This document shows, in pieces, positions 11,032-24,233 of a stretch of DNA of 64,000 nt (its first letter is position 1; each line of letters opens with the position of its first letter). The position numbers were made by a program, and so were the translations under genes. This DNA is from Schizochytrium sp. TIO01 (lineage: Eukaryota; Protista; Bigyra: Labyrinthulomycetes), in NCBI GenBank assembly GCA_004764695.1, contig SMSO01000014.1:4598845-4662844 (forward strand), given 5' to 3'. The notes below the pieces were generated by a model that saw only the letters and a program-made list of their open reading frames with translations, was not told the DNA's origin and searched no databases.

Positions 11032-13000
11032 AGTTTCGACGAACTCCAAAGCGGCCAGAAATGCTCTCCTTTCGTACAAGATTGTCTTGCTATATGTCTA
11101 GCTACCTGAGCCAATCAGCTCAAGCACCCAGGATGCAACGTTTCAAGTGTCACTTAATACTGAATGCCCAAAACTTGTCTAACCGAGATCAGAGAGCTTG
11201 ACTCAACCTATGGCAATCGTTGCATGAATTGCTGCAGCTATTTGATTCACGTTTGTTCTTTGGTTTGGTATGACGTAGTTTATTGAAAGGTAGCTATTGT
11301 GAACAACAACAACAACGTGACGAACGGCCAAAACCTGACCCTTTGGGGAGAAAGGTACACCTGTTCGTCGTCTCCAGTCAGAACAAAAGTCGGTCGACGC
11401 TGCTGTAAGCAGACCTGTCAACAGCAGGGCCTGGATTCAAATTTGCGAGCTTTCCCTCTTGAAGAAAGCCACGGAGTGGGAGCTCTATATTCTTGTACCC
11501 CAAAGTACAGCTTGAAACAGCTAAAAAAAACTAGCTCTTCGGCTTCGGTCTCAGGTGTTTGATTCCGGTCCGCTCCAGCGGCCTTTGAAGAGGGTTGGTG
11601 GGGCCGTCAACCAGGACTCCCCACGATAAGGTCCCACGCGTCTCTCCACGCGCAAACGTGCAGCCCAACTACTGCAAAGGAAGGGGTCCGTGATGGTTGT
11701 TGCGCTTCTGACGCGACTTCGATTCTTTGATCGATCAATTCTTTTCCCCCAAATAGAAAAGAAAGTCAATTCATTTGCCATTTGCACTAGTAAGCCTACT
11801 ATCGACCCTTAGTAGTAATCTATCTATTCATCTATCTATATATATATATATAGAAATATATATATATGTATCTATCTGTATCATACTCCTATCAATACAA
11901 AGCACAGAAAAGAACAGAAAGACTTTGAAAGAAAACAAAACAAAAAGAACACCCGAAGGAACTGCTACTGTTTTCAGCTGATGGCTACTACGGACGGCCT
12001 TCTGCGTTCTTCCCTCTCGATGAATTACAAAATCTTCTTTGGCCATAAAAAAGAAATGGCTTCCTGCTCGATGAGAAACCGAGACCGTTCTTCGAGATAT
12101 CCCAATCCAAAGCAGCGGAAAGGGAGATCTCTAATGCCTCCAAAGGTAGCCTGGCAGCTAAAGAGCGAAGCTCAAGCAGTCACGGAGTACTGTGCCACCA
12201 ATGCCACAGCCTTCGCCAATCTGGCTACGCGTTTATGTTTTTTTTGAGTTTCAATCTGAAGAAGAAGAAGAAGAAGAAGAAGAAGAGAAAAGAAAAAACA
12301 AACAAAAAGGAAATGGTGCGCTGCGTTGCGCAACAAAAACTCTTGTGGCCCGTATTTTTGCGCCAGACTAACTAAGGCACTTTCAGACAGTCCGATATCT
12401 CGCCGGCGTACTAAATGACTCTCCACTTTATATACAAGTATTGCATATTGTATTATTCCTCTATATTAGAAACCTGCAGAAGAACCCTCGGCTTCAGAGT
12501 TGGATTCTTGTACCAGACATTTTGATACAAGTTATGTATAGAGCGGACCGGGTAAAGCGCGATCGCCCTTTTATAAAGAAACTGTCTGAGAGATTGCCAT
12601 CGTCATCGCGGAGTGAGCGAATGAACTCTTGGCGTCGGCGTACGTGTCATCTTCGGGTCAAGTTGTCGGTAAAGGCCGTGGAGACAGGGCCATTAGGCTT
12701 GGATGCGGCGGCTGCCCCGATGGGGTCTTCTCTGCCTGGAAGGTTCTTCGAGGACCTTGGAAAGGGCGAAAGAGAAAAGGAACGCCATTTTATTTATTAT
12801 TATTCTGTGGGACAATATGAGTCATCGCACTTATTTTACTTAGCTCCTAGAGAGTTCTTTGGGAGATACTCAGCCATAGGGTTATTTGCAGGTCGTGGGG
12901 TGGAGAAGCACCACTCGCTTGAACGCATCAATGGCAGCAGCACTACAAGTGAAGGTGATAATAATCGGATCAGATCTGATCTGATCTCAGATCGTTGAAG

Positions 13001-14920
13001 ATGCCTGTTTTGCAAATGCTAAAACTGAGGGCTTCCATTTGAGCGAGCTGAGGAAGGAAAGCAAAACGGTTGGAGGACTTTTGCTGTTCCAGACTCCTCG
13101 AGAGGTTCTTCCGAAGGAGGCATCTTAAATTAATTAGGCCGAACTTTACGTCAAGATGTGTTATCATCGTCGACACTTGAAGATCGTCAGAACGACTTAT
13201 GACGCGAAGAAGCTGTAGAGATTACAGTGTCTACTACGAAAGAATACGCGAGTAGGTACGGTTTTTGGTGGGCCCCTTTCTTTATAGCGCATGCAGTACT
13301 ACATTCGAGCAACGACTTCTGTATTTCCGCAAATCACTTCTTGAAACGACAGTATGTAGATAACTTCCTTGACATGGCAATATCTAGGGTCAAAGAACAG
13401 GAAAAGTTCCCATTTTGGAAGCAGCGTTCTGCAAAACTGGCATTCGATCCAGCCACTCTAGGCTGCAAAAGACTCGTCGGGATACTTGGACCACAGAAGC
13501 AAATCTGTAGAAGAGATTTTCGACCTGAGATTCTTGACAGACTGTCGCGAGATGTGCAAAACCGGGCACATGGTTTTGGCCATGCTAAGAATTACACAAG
13601 TAAGGGCCATCTTTTTAATGCCGTGACAAATGATGGTTGAAATCAATCCTACTACACGATACCACTCTGATAAATCTCACTGTCAGCATAGTGTAGTCCT
13701 AGGTAGGTACGAACAAGGCGACCAAGCTTGTCATTTTGCAGAGGAGAAAGTACCAGTATGACCATGTTATTAAGTTGGTTATCTTGAAACAATAGCGTTG
13801 CTGGCAGAAGGGAGCATGGCGAGTTATAAAGCTGAACATACAATTCCTATACAGCGCGGGACGCCTATGGTGTATTAGCCAGGTATTGAATTATTAGTGC
13901 ATAAGAGGAGTCATCTTCAAGAACAGAAATTATGTTTTTCACTATGAGTCTTGAGAGAACACATAATTTAGTTTGAGCCTCTTATTTACCTTGGTCAAAC
14001 TATACTTCATCGTTTCATTTCGTGCAGGTTTGGAAGTATCTACGACGCCTTGTTTTTTCTTTTATAACAATAAACTTATCCTGCACCGATTTGAGGTCGC
14101 AACTCTTCTTGTGGAGTTTTCACGCTAAAAGGCCATGGATTCCAACGAGTTAGCAACGCATTCTTGTAAATTTAAAAAAGAGTTGCCATTGCCCCTATGT
14201 TAATCATTCTGTTTCCATGAAGGTTGGAATAAATCAAACTGTATTCTCTTTCCTCAAATAATAAAATACAACTTATTGGCAAGTGTAATTTAGCAATACC
14301 CTTAAGAAATGTTGTATGCATATGAGATAATAGTTTTGGTTAGTTGCTTACTTACTTGCTTGATGTTAAGAAGAACAAATTGTAGTCTTACTTTCGTCTG
14401 ACTTTTTCATACCGCGCTTTCTGGTATGATCCTTAATGCATTAAAAACAATATCGGGCGAAGTGGAGAAGGATAAACCAATTTTAGCCTCATCACAGTGG
14501 CAATCTTGTTTTTTGGTCTTGCATTTTAGGAAATCTTAACGTACTCAAATGTGTCCCACAAAGCAAGGGATCAATACTTTTAGTTGAGGGTTCACAGTGC
14601 GGAGCACTGTGCTGGAGATAGAGACTGGATGTATTACTTCATATATATGATTTACTTAGTATGATCTAAAAAGCCGTTGACAAATTCTCGAGTAAGCGAA
14701 TGCATATACAAAGGGTGTGGGCAAATGGGAGTTCACAACAGGACTGTGAAGCCCTGTGTAAGGTACTGTCCATGATCACTTTTCCTGTACAGAACAGCTA
14801 TAAGCAATGATCATCAGTGTATACCAAAGTAAGTGCTTTTGTTGGTGGGGCACTTCAATTAGTGGATTTTCCAGTCTCCGCCAAGATGACGCTGATGCTG
14901 CTAAAGCAGATTACATGATT
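13001..14920 (+). pseudogene. Candidate decayed or cryptically spliced protein gene
   Basis: Microsatellite-free gene-sized interval with a 137-codon ORF (13227-13640) and other protein-like frames broken by stops (14580-14918 has 3 internal stops). No family recognised. Confidence 0.3.
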
Positions 14921-15244
14921 AAACTCTTGTTTCTATTCTCTGCAAGCTATTCTATTGGTTAGGTGCTAACCAGCCGGCATTCAGGCGGCAGCCCCCGTTT
15001 GGGTTTGGCTCCTCTTCGCGCGTTCAAGGGGGGGTTAATCCTGATAGCGCAGCCTAAACAGTAAAATTCGCTCTGTTCTGACTGCAAGAAGCTATTAATT
15101 AGCCGGCTTCGGCTTGCTTGGGAGGGAATCGGAAAGCAACAAGTAGACCAAACGAGTGCACTTGGAGTAGGAAGGCTCTTGCACGCATTTGTCATGCCGG
15201 GGTTCAATCGTACTGCCACAGGCACCTGAAGTGAGTCCATGAGG

Positions 15245-15641
15245 TCACATGATCTTCCAGACATCTTCACACCTTTGCTTTAGGTAGTGGACAATAGCGA
15301 GATGACCAGTCCACCAGGTGCGGAGCCGGGTCACTCACCCTCTCTCTCTCTCACTCACTCCCTCGCTCATTCAATCGATCAATCGCTCACTAGCACCGGC
15401 ATTCATGCCAAGTCACTCATTCGTTTGCCCAGACTCTATCACCTCTACGCAGTTTGTTAGTCCTTCGCTTCTCCATTTCACGTGCCAGCCTTTCGTACCG
15501 GGGTATTGGAGCGTGGCACCACCTCTGGGCATTGCGAAGGTTGTGCCTGCCACGTACTCCAGCGCTGGCATGTGTCTCGGTGCACTGTAGCGCGGCAGCA
15601 TCTCCTGCTTCACGAATTTGATTCGCAAGCTCAAGACGCCC

Positions 15642-15642
<1 letters not shown>
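15245..15642 (-). pseudogene. Decayed ankyrin-repeat-like coding fragment
   Basis: Minus-strand fragments RHMPALEYVAG, EGLTNCVEVI and TGHLAIVHYLKQRCE match the ankyrin GH..IV.YL pattern. Interrupted by stops and simple repeats. Confidence 0.35.

Positions 15643-15680
<38 letters not shown>
15643..15680. repeat. (CAG)12 trinucleotide microsatellite
   Basis: Direct reading. Confidence 0.95.
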
Positions 15681-15683
<3 letters not shown>

Positions 15684-18205
15684 GCGAGTGCTGCTGCGGC
15701 ATTCTTCTTCTCCATCATCGTCCCTCTTGCTTCATCGATGCAAGAATCTCATTCGCCCTTCCCTTCTAAATTACCGGATTCATGACGGCCTCCAACGGTT
15801 CGCTCGTGCTCCGCTTCTCTCTTAGACACCACCCACCTTGCCTGCCTGTGGACGCCGGAGCAGCTCTTTCTGTGGCTGCAGATCGTGATGGCGCCACATC
15901 ACGCAGCGCCGTCCCTCTGCTTCGTCGTCGTCTTTGCTGCTCGTGCGTGGGCTCGTGCTCAGGCGGAGCTTATCTCTCGCCTCCTCGAGAGCAATTGATT
16001 GCAATCTCTGCTTTCTTCGCATTTCCTTTCTTTTTTACTCACATAAGTTTGTTTGTTATTGGGAATGATGAAAAGTCACAGTACTCACTCACTTACTTAC
16101 CTACTATCTAATAGGGGGCATTTTCATTTTCCATTTTTTTAAAATTAAATTAAAAATTGAGATAAAAAGTCTGCAGTGAAAAAGATATTCACTCATTGAG
16201 CAATAAAACATTTTAGAATGGGAAAGGTTTCGCTTAAGTTTGTTATCAATGATGCAAAGACAGGAGAAGCTTTTATTTAATAATACGGTCATGGGCGCTT
16301 TCTTTTAGCAACTCCGGTTTAACTTTAATTTAGATGAATAAAAATAGTTAGAGAGTGTGTGTTTATGAAAGCAGGAATTCAGGATCTTTGGCCTTGGGAT
16401 TATAAGCGTCGCGGCATTACTCGCTCAATTCAGGTTGTGCAGGGTATGGAAGCTGCACTTCTCGACGCCAAGGTCGTCATCGTCATCGACACCGTCATAG
16501 TGCTTGATTGACCCGATCTAAGTATGTTGGCCTACTCGATTTTCAAGATCTGCGCCGGCACCATCTTCACCATTGACCAGATTTGCAAGCAAGCAAGCAA
16601 GCAAGCAAGCAAGTAAATCGCTCTGCACACTCCAGTGGGCTGCAAATGAGCCTAGTTCAGGGCTGAAATGCATGACCCAAATCCTCTTTTGTCTTCATAA
16701 CTTACCTTGAATCAAAAGCCAGGCAAGATCTCTTGGGACCTCCTACACACATAAATCATCTACTCGACGCAAAATAAATCTCAAAGCCGCGTTCCAAGCA
16801 GTCGGCATCCATCTTGAAGAAATGCCGCTCCTCTGCTGTCTTGATGCGCGTCTTGATTTTGATTTCGCCACCTCCATTTGCTCTGCCTCGCAAACCAAGC
16901 ATTTCTAGCATGTTAGTTAATTCATGCATCTCACATGTCACATGAATCATATCATGCATGGGCAAATGAAAAAACGTGCTGCACGCAATTCACGCAACCT
17001 GCAGCGTTTGTCCAATCCCGTCGGGTTGAATCCTGTTTTTTTATGCAAATTAATGGGCTGAAAAGCCCAAAGTAATGCAAACTGCCGCCACCGTTGTGTC
17101 GAAGGTACCTCTCTTTCACCAGTGGATTCTGTGGAGTGATGATCCTTAGACGATGATTCATTTCTTGCTGATTACAATTTTTTAATTGAAAAACAAAAAC
17201 AAAACGAAAACGAAAAATTAATTAAACTTCTTTAGAGCCTTCAATTATAACATAACCACCTTCAGAATAAATCTTTCATTAGTTCAACGAAAATGGTATA
17301 CATAATTATTATTAATTTGAAAAAGTAAAATTTAAAATAAAATAAACGAAAAAGTAGGAGGTATAGAATTAAAACGATGACGAAGGCATAAACGAAAGGA
17401 AACGGCAGAAAGAGAAATAATGTTTTTAAAAGAAAATTAAAGAAAAATAAGAAAAATAAGAAAATGAAAGGGATAGAGCAAAAGGTGGATCTTTGAGAGA
17501 CAGCCGTCGCTCAATCTCCAAAGCGCTTACAGATGGACTTTCATGCGGACAATGTGAGATCTTTGGCCCCAAACCCTCTCAAACGACCCTCAGACAGTAA
17601 CCGCCTTCAGCTTCAAGTTCCTCAGCTCTGCCGTCGCGTTTCTTGTCCCTTCCTTCACCTACCCAGCTCCAAACTACATCCAAGGTCCCACGGTCCTTTC
17701 GATCTTCTGTCGGCTTGCAACGTTGTGGGCCATTAGCCCTTTTAACAAAACTCATCCTCCACCCCCCTTTTGAAATAGACCCTTTAAACTGTCCGCCTCC
17801 AACCTTTACAACGCCTACATCTTAGTCCGTGTTGAGCAGGAAGGCGGTTTGAGAGGGGCATTATGTGAGTGTGTGTTGCTGTTGTTGAATAGAGGGTAAC
17901 AAAGGCCATCGTTTGAGGTGTTGTGAAAGAAAGATTGAATGTAGAATGGCGCAGATCGAAGGAGACTCTGATACCTGTGGCTCCGATGGCGTCACGTTCT
18001 CTTGAAATTGTTGGACAGCCTCGCAACGCCTTTGAGGCCCTTGGGAGCTGGTTATATCGGCGTCCATCGCTGATGATGCCGAGAGCATTCGAGTGTAGGT
18101 ACGTCAGTTGACTTGTAAGATTCTTTCGATTGATACTGATTGTCATTCGTTCATTCATTCATTTAATTAATTATTCGTTCAATCATTCATTTATTCAATT
18201 ATTCG

Positions 18206-18348
<143 letters not shown>

Positions 18349-19138
18349 TTTTAACATGTAAAAGTATAAAGTTTGGCCTCTTCTTCACTGTTCCTCTAAA
18401 ATTTAACACAGGACAGGACAGAACAGGACAGAACAGAACAGAACAGCAGAAAATAAACAAAACAAAAGGTTGCCTCCATTCCAACTCCAATGGCGTTGTT
18501 CCATGTCACTGTCTCGTGCGTGCGTCCTTCCGTGCATCGGCTCAGTCAGCTCTAAAAGCCCCAAAGGACCACCGCACTTCGGCCGCCGCCGATTTCCTGC
18601 GTCTGCTTCGGCCGTTTGTCCTCTCAGTTTCTGTCGGTTCTTGGCCTTTCTAGGTCAGCTGTATCCTTCTTCTTACTTACATCGCGAATTAGAAAGAAGT
18701 TTTCACTAATTCATTTTCTCTATGAGGATAAATAAATATATAAATGATTACGAAATAAAGAAAGAGAGAAAGAAAGAAAGAGAGAAAGAAAGAAAGAAAG
18801 AAAGAAATAGTGAAATAAACCTTCTCTGGCGAAAGAGTGAGTGCTGCATGCGTAGTCTCTTTTGCCTTTTCCGTTTCTTTCTGCTGCATAAACACCACAG
18901 CGTCTCCAGCTTTTTGAGAAACAACTCAACCGTGGCACAACTTTCAGTCTGACTGTAAACTGTCAGAAGCGTGTTCTGTCCCATGGCGTGGACGGATAAA
19001 CGTGCCATAAATAAGACTGGCGAATGAATGAAAAGAAAGGGTCTGCGCACCTATTAGTAGACGGTACGCACCTCCTACAGAGCTGACTCTTTCGGATATG
19101 AAAACAACGAGAATAGAGCATAATAGATAGATAGGTCA

Positions 19139-19330
19139 TACATATATACATACATACATACATACATACATACATACATACATTGTGTTCTTTCTTGCCA
19201 TTGAGAAAACACTCTTCTTCTTCTCTTTTTTGATTCTTTGCTCCTTTTTAATTTTGGTATGTTTACAAATAAAATAAAACAAAAGTAATATTTTGTTTGT
19301 GGAAATAGAAGAATAAAGAAGGACATACAA

Positions 19331-19378
<48 letters not shown>

Positions 19379-19388
19379 ACGAACGACG
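19139..19388. repeat. (ATAC)n at 19139-19180 and (AAAG)n changing to (GAAC)n at 19331-19388
   Basis: Direct reading. Confidence 0.9.
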
Positions 19389-19439
19389 ACGTTGAAGATT
19401 TGGAGAGATCGATTTCGGGATCGAGAGCGAACTTGAAGA

Positions 19440-20330
19440 AGAATGAATTCAATCTCGGTCTGCGCGACTCGAAGGGGCTTTAGTGGCGCTGGAGGAAGGA
19501 GGGCGGGCGCTGGAGGCTGGGCCAGGCGGCAGAGCCCTCGCCGCCCCGTGCAGTGCATGGAAGCAAAGCAAGCCACGCCGTGGCCTCGTCTTCCTGGTCC
19601 CTCTCGCCAGAGGTTCCTGCGGCCTTCCTTCGCCTTCTCGTCCATGCTCCGTCTCCTCGCAAGCCTACCGGAGGAGCTGAGAAAGGCGAGCCTGAGCTCC
19701 AAGGGCCCGTGCCTTGCCCTCCTCCCCACCGGAAGCTGAGTCTGGCTCGCGGCAGGTCTCGCCCGCGGTATCCACGGCGTAGTCCCCAAGTTCGAGTTCC
19801 ACCCGAGCTGCCATCGAGGGAGATTGCATGCATGAGTGCAAGCCCAAAAGTACAGCTCGAACTCCTCCAAGGTGTTCGTTCGTTCGCTCGTTCGCTCACC
19901 TTGGCGCTGCTGCTTGTTAGGCAGGCACTACGCTCTGGCTGGTGCTCCAGTTCGTAGGCAGCGACCAGGTGGTAGATGGCAGGCACCTGGGCGCGTATTA
20001 CAAGAAGGAGCGGGTGCACACCGTCTCCTTGGCCAGTCCATGAGACGTGGTGGACTTCTTGGAGTTCGTTCTTCCTCCGCTTCTGCGAAAGGTTCGACTT
20101 CTTCAGGTTCTTCCGTGCTGCTCCGGCGGCGGCCTCCGCGACCAGCGCCACAGCTCGTGCGTGCGTGACCTGGTGTGTGAATGCTGAATGCTCGCCGTCC
20201 GCCTTGAAGGTCTAAGGTCTTTTCCTCCGCCAGCTTTAGCTGCTTCCTGGCGAGCCTGGGTTGGACACGCTCGCGGCCGGCATTCACTTGGAGGTGTACT
20301 TCCTACCATGGCCAGCCGCTGAAGACGACG
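19440..20330 (-). other. GC-rich island with frameshifted coding-like fragments (decayed gene or transposon relic)
   Basis: Abrupt GC rise relative to AT-rich flanks. Minus-strand fragments such as KADGEHSAFTHQVTHARAVALVAEAAAGAARKNLKK, LEEFELYFWAC and RVELELGDYAVD lie in shifting frames. No recognisable domain. Confidence 0.35.
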
Positions 20331-21066
20331 ATCGTGATGATGAAGACGATTTTCATCAAGGTGCTCGAAACCGTCGACTATTGACTTACATCCACTCTCG
20401 ACTTGGAGATAGGTCCCTCACATTCAGGCATCCTCCCTCGTTGTGAGGCGATCGTGGCGACCGTGGCGATCGTGGCGGAGGCGGCTAATCTCGATGCGCC
20501 TGCCTGTCAGCCGAGGTGTTGTAGAATTGATTCCGCAATGCATCATCAGTTAGCTTGCATAAAAACCCTTCGAAGATGGACACCCTCAGCGGGAGGCTCT
20601 TCCAGTTCTCGATGGAAATCGAAATAGGTTATCTGATCACATCCATCTGAGGTGGCTTGCTCGCTCGCTCGCTTGCTTGCTTGCTCAGCCAGCTGGCTGG
20701 CTGGTTCGTAGGAGGGCACTCGCTGCCAAGGCAGAGACAAGAAACAGCCAGCAAGTGAGCCTTGGCCTTTGCTTGGTTGGTGCTGATGCATCAGTGGCAA
20801 TGGTGGCGGTGATGTGATGGCTGTCGCGGTGGGTAGCATCCACGGTGTTGCTGCGAGAGCTGAGCACTGGGAACGACACCCAACAGGATTGAACAATGAG
20901 AACGATTGCAAGAGCCACAGAATACCAATCAATCAATCAAACAAACAAACAAAAAACAAACGAACGAACGATGCTCAGGAGGAGTCTACATTTGACTTGA
21001 AGGTACTAGTTATCTCAAGCCACGAAGAGAAAATCAACCAAAGAAGGCGTCCATCTACGTGCGCTT

Positions 21067-21107
<41 letters not shown>

Positions 21108-21667
21108 ATGGTGATGATGATGCTGTTCGTAGAAAGCACGATAGCATCGCAGGAGCGGTAGAATAGCTAGAAAACGCAAAAGCTTAAGTTCAAGTTCGTC
21201 GTGGCTTTTGGATGGAAGCGGAGAGCTCCACAAAGTCAACAAACAAGCAAGCATTACGAACAGAGGAAAGAGATTACTCCATTCAGCAGTTCGTCATAGG
21301 TATTCTGAATATTTATTCATTCATTCATCCGACATCATCGTCGATGACACAGAACTTATCGTCTTCTCTTTTCTTTTCTTTTCTTTCTGCTGTTCCATCC
21401 CATTACGCTCCCTTGCTCGCCTTGAAAAACAAACAAACATTATTTTGACCTTTAATCCTATTCCACAGAATAGCAGAAACATTTGCTTTTCCACTTTAAA
21501 ACTTTAAAAGTAATTAAATAAAATAATAATAAAGATATATTTTATTTTATTTTCGAAGAAATAAATAAATAAAAGAATTAAAGAATCAGAGAAGAGAATG
21601 AAATAAGAGGAAAAATGCCTCAATGTCCCCTTTTCTGTTTTGTTCTAAGCGATAAAGAGGAGGAGGT

Positions 21668-21736
<69 letters not shown>

Positions 21737-21803
21737 ATAAATAAATAAATAACTAACTAACTAACTAACTAACTAAATAAATAAATAACTGACTGACTGA
21801 CTA
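21668..21803. repeat. Compound tetranucleotide microsatellite AACT/AAAT/GACT
   Basis: Direct reading. Confidence 0.95.
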
Positions 21804-22150
21804 AGTGGTCTTTTTGTTGTTTTCTATTATTTATGGTGTGCCACGTGTCTTCTACCTTATCCCTGAATAGACATTTCCGAGGAGCGCGTGCGCGAAGAAT
21901 GAATGCACGCAAGACAGCATCACAAAGACCCTTCGCTGTGCAAATAAGTTGGAGCAGAGCCGCGTGGAAGGAAGGCACTCGAGGCTGTTGACAACGTACC
22001 CACTCACTCACTCGCTCACTCACTCACTCACTCGTTCGCAGAGGCCGCTGCTGCTTTGCTCGAGGGTTGAGAGGGTGCTTTGGCTTTCATGATACGGTTC
22101 TCATCGTCTTCGTAATGCTAATGATTCGCGTGAGTGGGAACTAAGACACC

Positions 22151-22207
22151 GCTGTTCTCTTCTCTGGTGCTGTTCTCTTCTCTGGTGCTGTTCTCTGGTG
22201 CTGTTCT
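22151..22207. repeat. 18-bp minisatellite GCTGTTCTCTTCTCTGGT x2 plus two truncated copies
   Basis: Direct reading. Confidence 0.9.
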
Positions 22208-23482
22208 TTGCGAAGAAAGAACTGCGAAGAAAGAGAGAGAGAAAACAAAAACAAAATAAAAAAGAGTGAAAGAGACAGACGCAGGAACGGAACTCGGAGA
22301 TATTCCTGTTCCCCGTTCTTGTTGTTGCTGTTGCTGTTGTTGCTGTTGTTGTTATTGTTGAAGCAAGACTATTGTTTACTCATTTGTTTCAGGTTATCTG
22401 ATGATCCTTTACAGGAGGACCCTCATATGTCCAACAACTTTGCCTCAAGTTTCTTCCCCGAGTCGCAACTTTGCTGCGAATAAAAAGGAGGTAACTAGGT
22501 CTGTGATAGGACCCAATAGACACCCTTTTCAATTAATAAACAAGAAAAAAGAAGAAAAGAAAAAGCCTTTTTGATTGTTCTTTTTACACCATGTTTGTTT
22601 TCGTTTCTTCGAATGAACAGATAAATTCTTTTAAAGAGATGCAAAAGAAGCTTAAAAGAAGAAAGCGCAAATGGTCGTCTTGGTTTGAGGCTGCTCAGTA
22701 TGGACTCTGATAAGTTTGACTCCCGTGGATTTCCTCGCGATCCTCTCAAATCCCCACGGGTGAGTCGCCTCAACGCACGCAATGGAGCCGTAAGCATGCG
22801 TCCCAAGCATCGCGGTTTTAGGCTTAGTCTGAGCAGCAGTACACAGTCCGCGGCGCGACATATGAGAACGAACGACGGCTTTCGTTTGTTTTTCTGCTAT
22901 CAGGCACAGTATTGCATTAAAATAAAAATAAAAATAAAATAATCATAATTATAATAAAGACCTCAAGCCTAATGAGGGCTGTAGTAATTAGAAACTTAGA
23001 GTAAGGATAATGGGTCAGAATGGTACACAGAAATGGGATTTTTCGTCGCGAAGGAGATACCAATGAATAGACGAAGGAAGCATCACAATAGAGGCGCACA
23101 TGCTTCGTTCGTGGGAGAAAGTTCGTACGGTAAAGCTGGTTTCTTGGCGATTTCTTGGTCAATTTGTTGACTTTACGGAGTTCACCATCTCAATTTGTTA
23201 TCTTCGTTGACTTGACTTGATTTCCTTTCCTTTCCTTTGCTTTGCTTTAAACAGCAAAATAAAATAGAAATAGACATAGAAATAGATACAGAGGGCGATG
23301 ATGATGTGCAATGCAGAACCAAATCAAAGAACTTCACTTTCCCTCCCACCTCAGTTCACTTTGAAGTGGAATCGCCGTACGTACAGCTTTCCTCGTTAGT
23401 GCAATCAATCAATCAATCAACTTTTATTCTGTCTGTTTTCGGCATCACATCAGAAAAACCAGACAGAAAGAAATCCTTTTCA

Positions 23483-23523
<41 letters not shown>

Positions 23524-24179
23524 GAGGAGCACATGCGTACTTCTTCTTTCTTCATTTCTTCTTTCTTCTCTTCTTCTCTTACTTATTCTTTAGAAAGTCA
23601 AATTGAGAATGAAAAGAAAGTATGAGTTAAAAGAGAAGAGAGATACTGATCGACCGATATCTCGATCAAGAATCAATCTTCTGCAAAGTACTCAGCGAGC
23701 GACGAGTCCTCCGTTGAAAGAAAGCAACAAAGCAACAAAGCAAGAAAGCAAGCAAGCAAGCAAGCAGTGTCCAGCTCCACGCTCCAGCGAGCGGGCAAGC
23801 AGACCTGCAACCCGCGACCGGCCTGGCAAGAGAAGGGAAGAGGAGAAGGCGGCGAAAGTGAAAGAAACTGGGAAAGAGAGTCGATCAATCAATCAATCAA
23901 AGGGGAAAGAAAAACAAAACAACTCGACTGCAGAAAGTCCATCCGTCGATCCATTCACACAACTGATCGATCAGCTCGCGACCTGGCCGCCGCCGGGACG
24001 AGACCAAGCCGACGCCGAGAGCATAGATCGAAAGATACACGCGAGGGTACACTCCTCGAGAGCCTCGTCCAGAGAAAGCTGCTGCGAAGGAGCGCCAGCC
24101 GCGCGGTGTCAGGCAGTGGCGTGTTTTTCTTTTCTCCCTCTTTCTTTCTTTCTTGATTGATTAAATCAATCAAAGCAAA

Positions 24180-24180
24180 G

Positions 24181-24231
<51 letters not shown>

Positions 24232-24233
24232 AG
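24180..24233. repeat. (AAAG)n microsatellite in the CIPK upstream region
   Basis: Direct reading. Confidence 0.93.

Noticed and set aside
11473-11577. tRNA-like outline: GGAGTGG pairs with CCGCTCC-A, with GCTC and GTTTGATTC motifs
   Set aside because: T-stem and D-stem do not pair and there is no clean anticodon arm; probably chance within the GC-rich ALMT promoter/5' UTR
11520-11730. Minus-strand hairpin cluster ending in T8 (Pol III ncRNA?)
   Set aside because: No snRNA, SRP or RNase P consensus; other genes here have similar GC-rich upstream blocks, so a promoter/5' UTR is the simpler reading
22151-22207. Short direct repeats as a CRISPR-like array
   Set aside because: Tandem with no spacers; eukaryotic context; no cas genes
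23603-24160. 185-aa ORF upstream of CIPK
   Set aside because: Non-ATG start, built from AAGC/AATC repeats and GC-rich leader sequence; no domain
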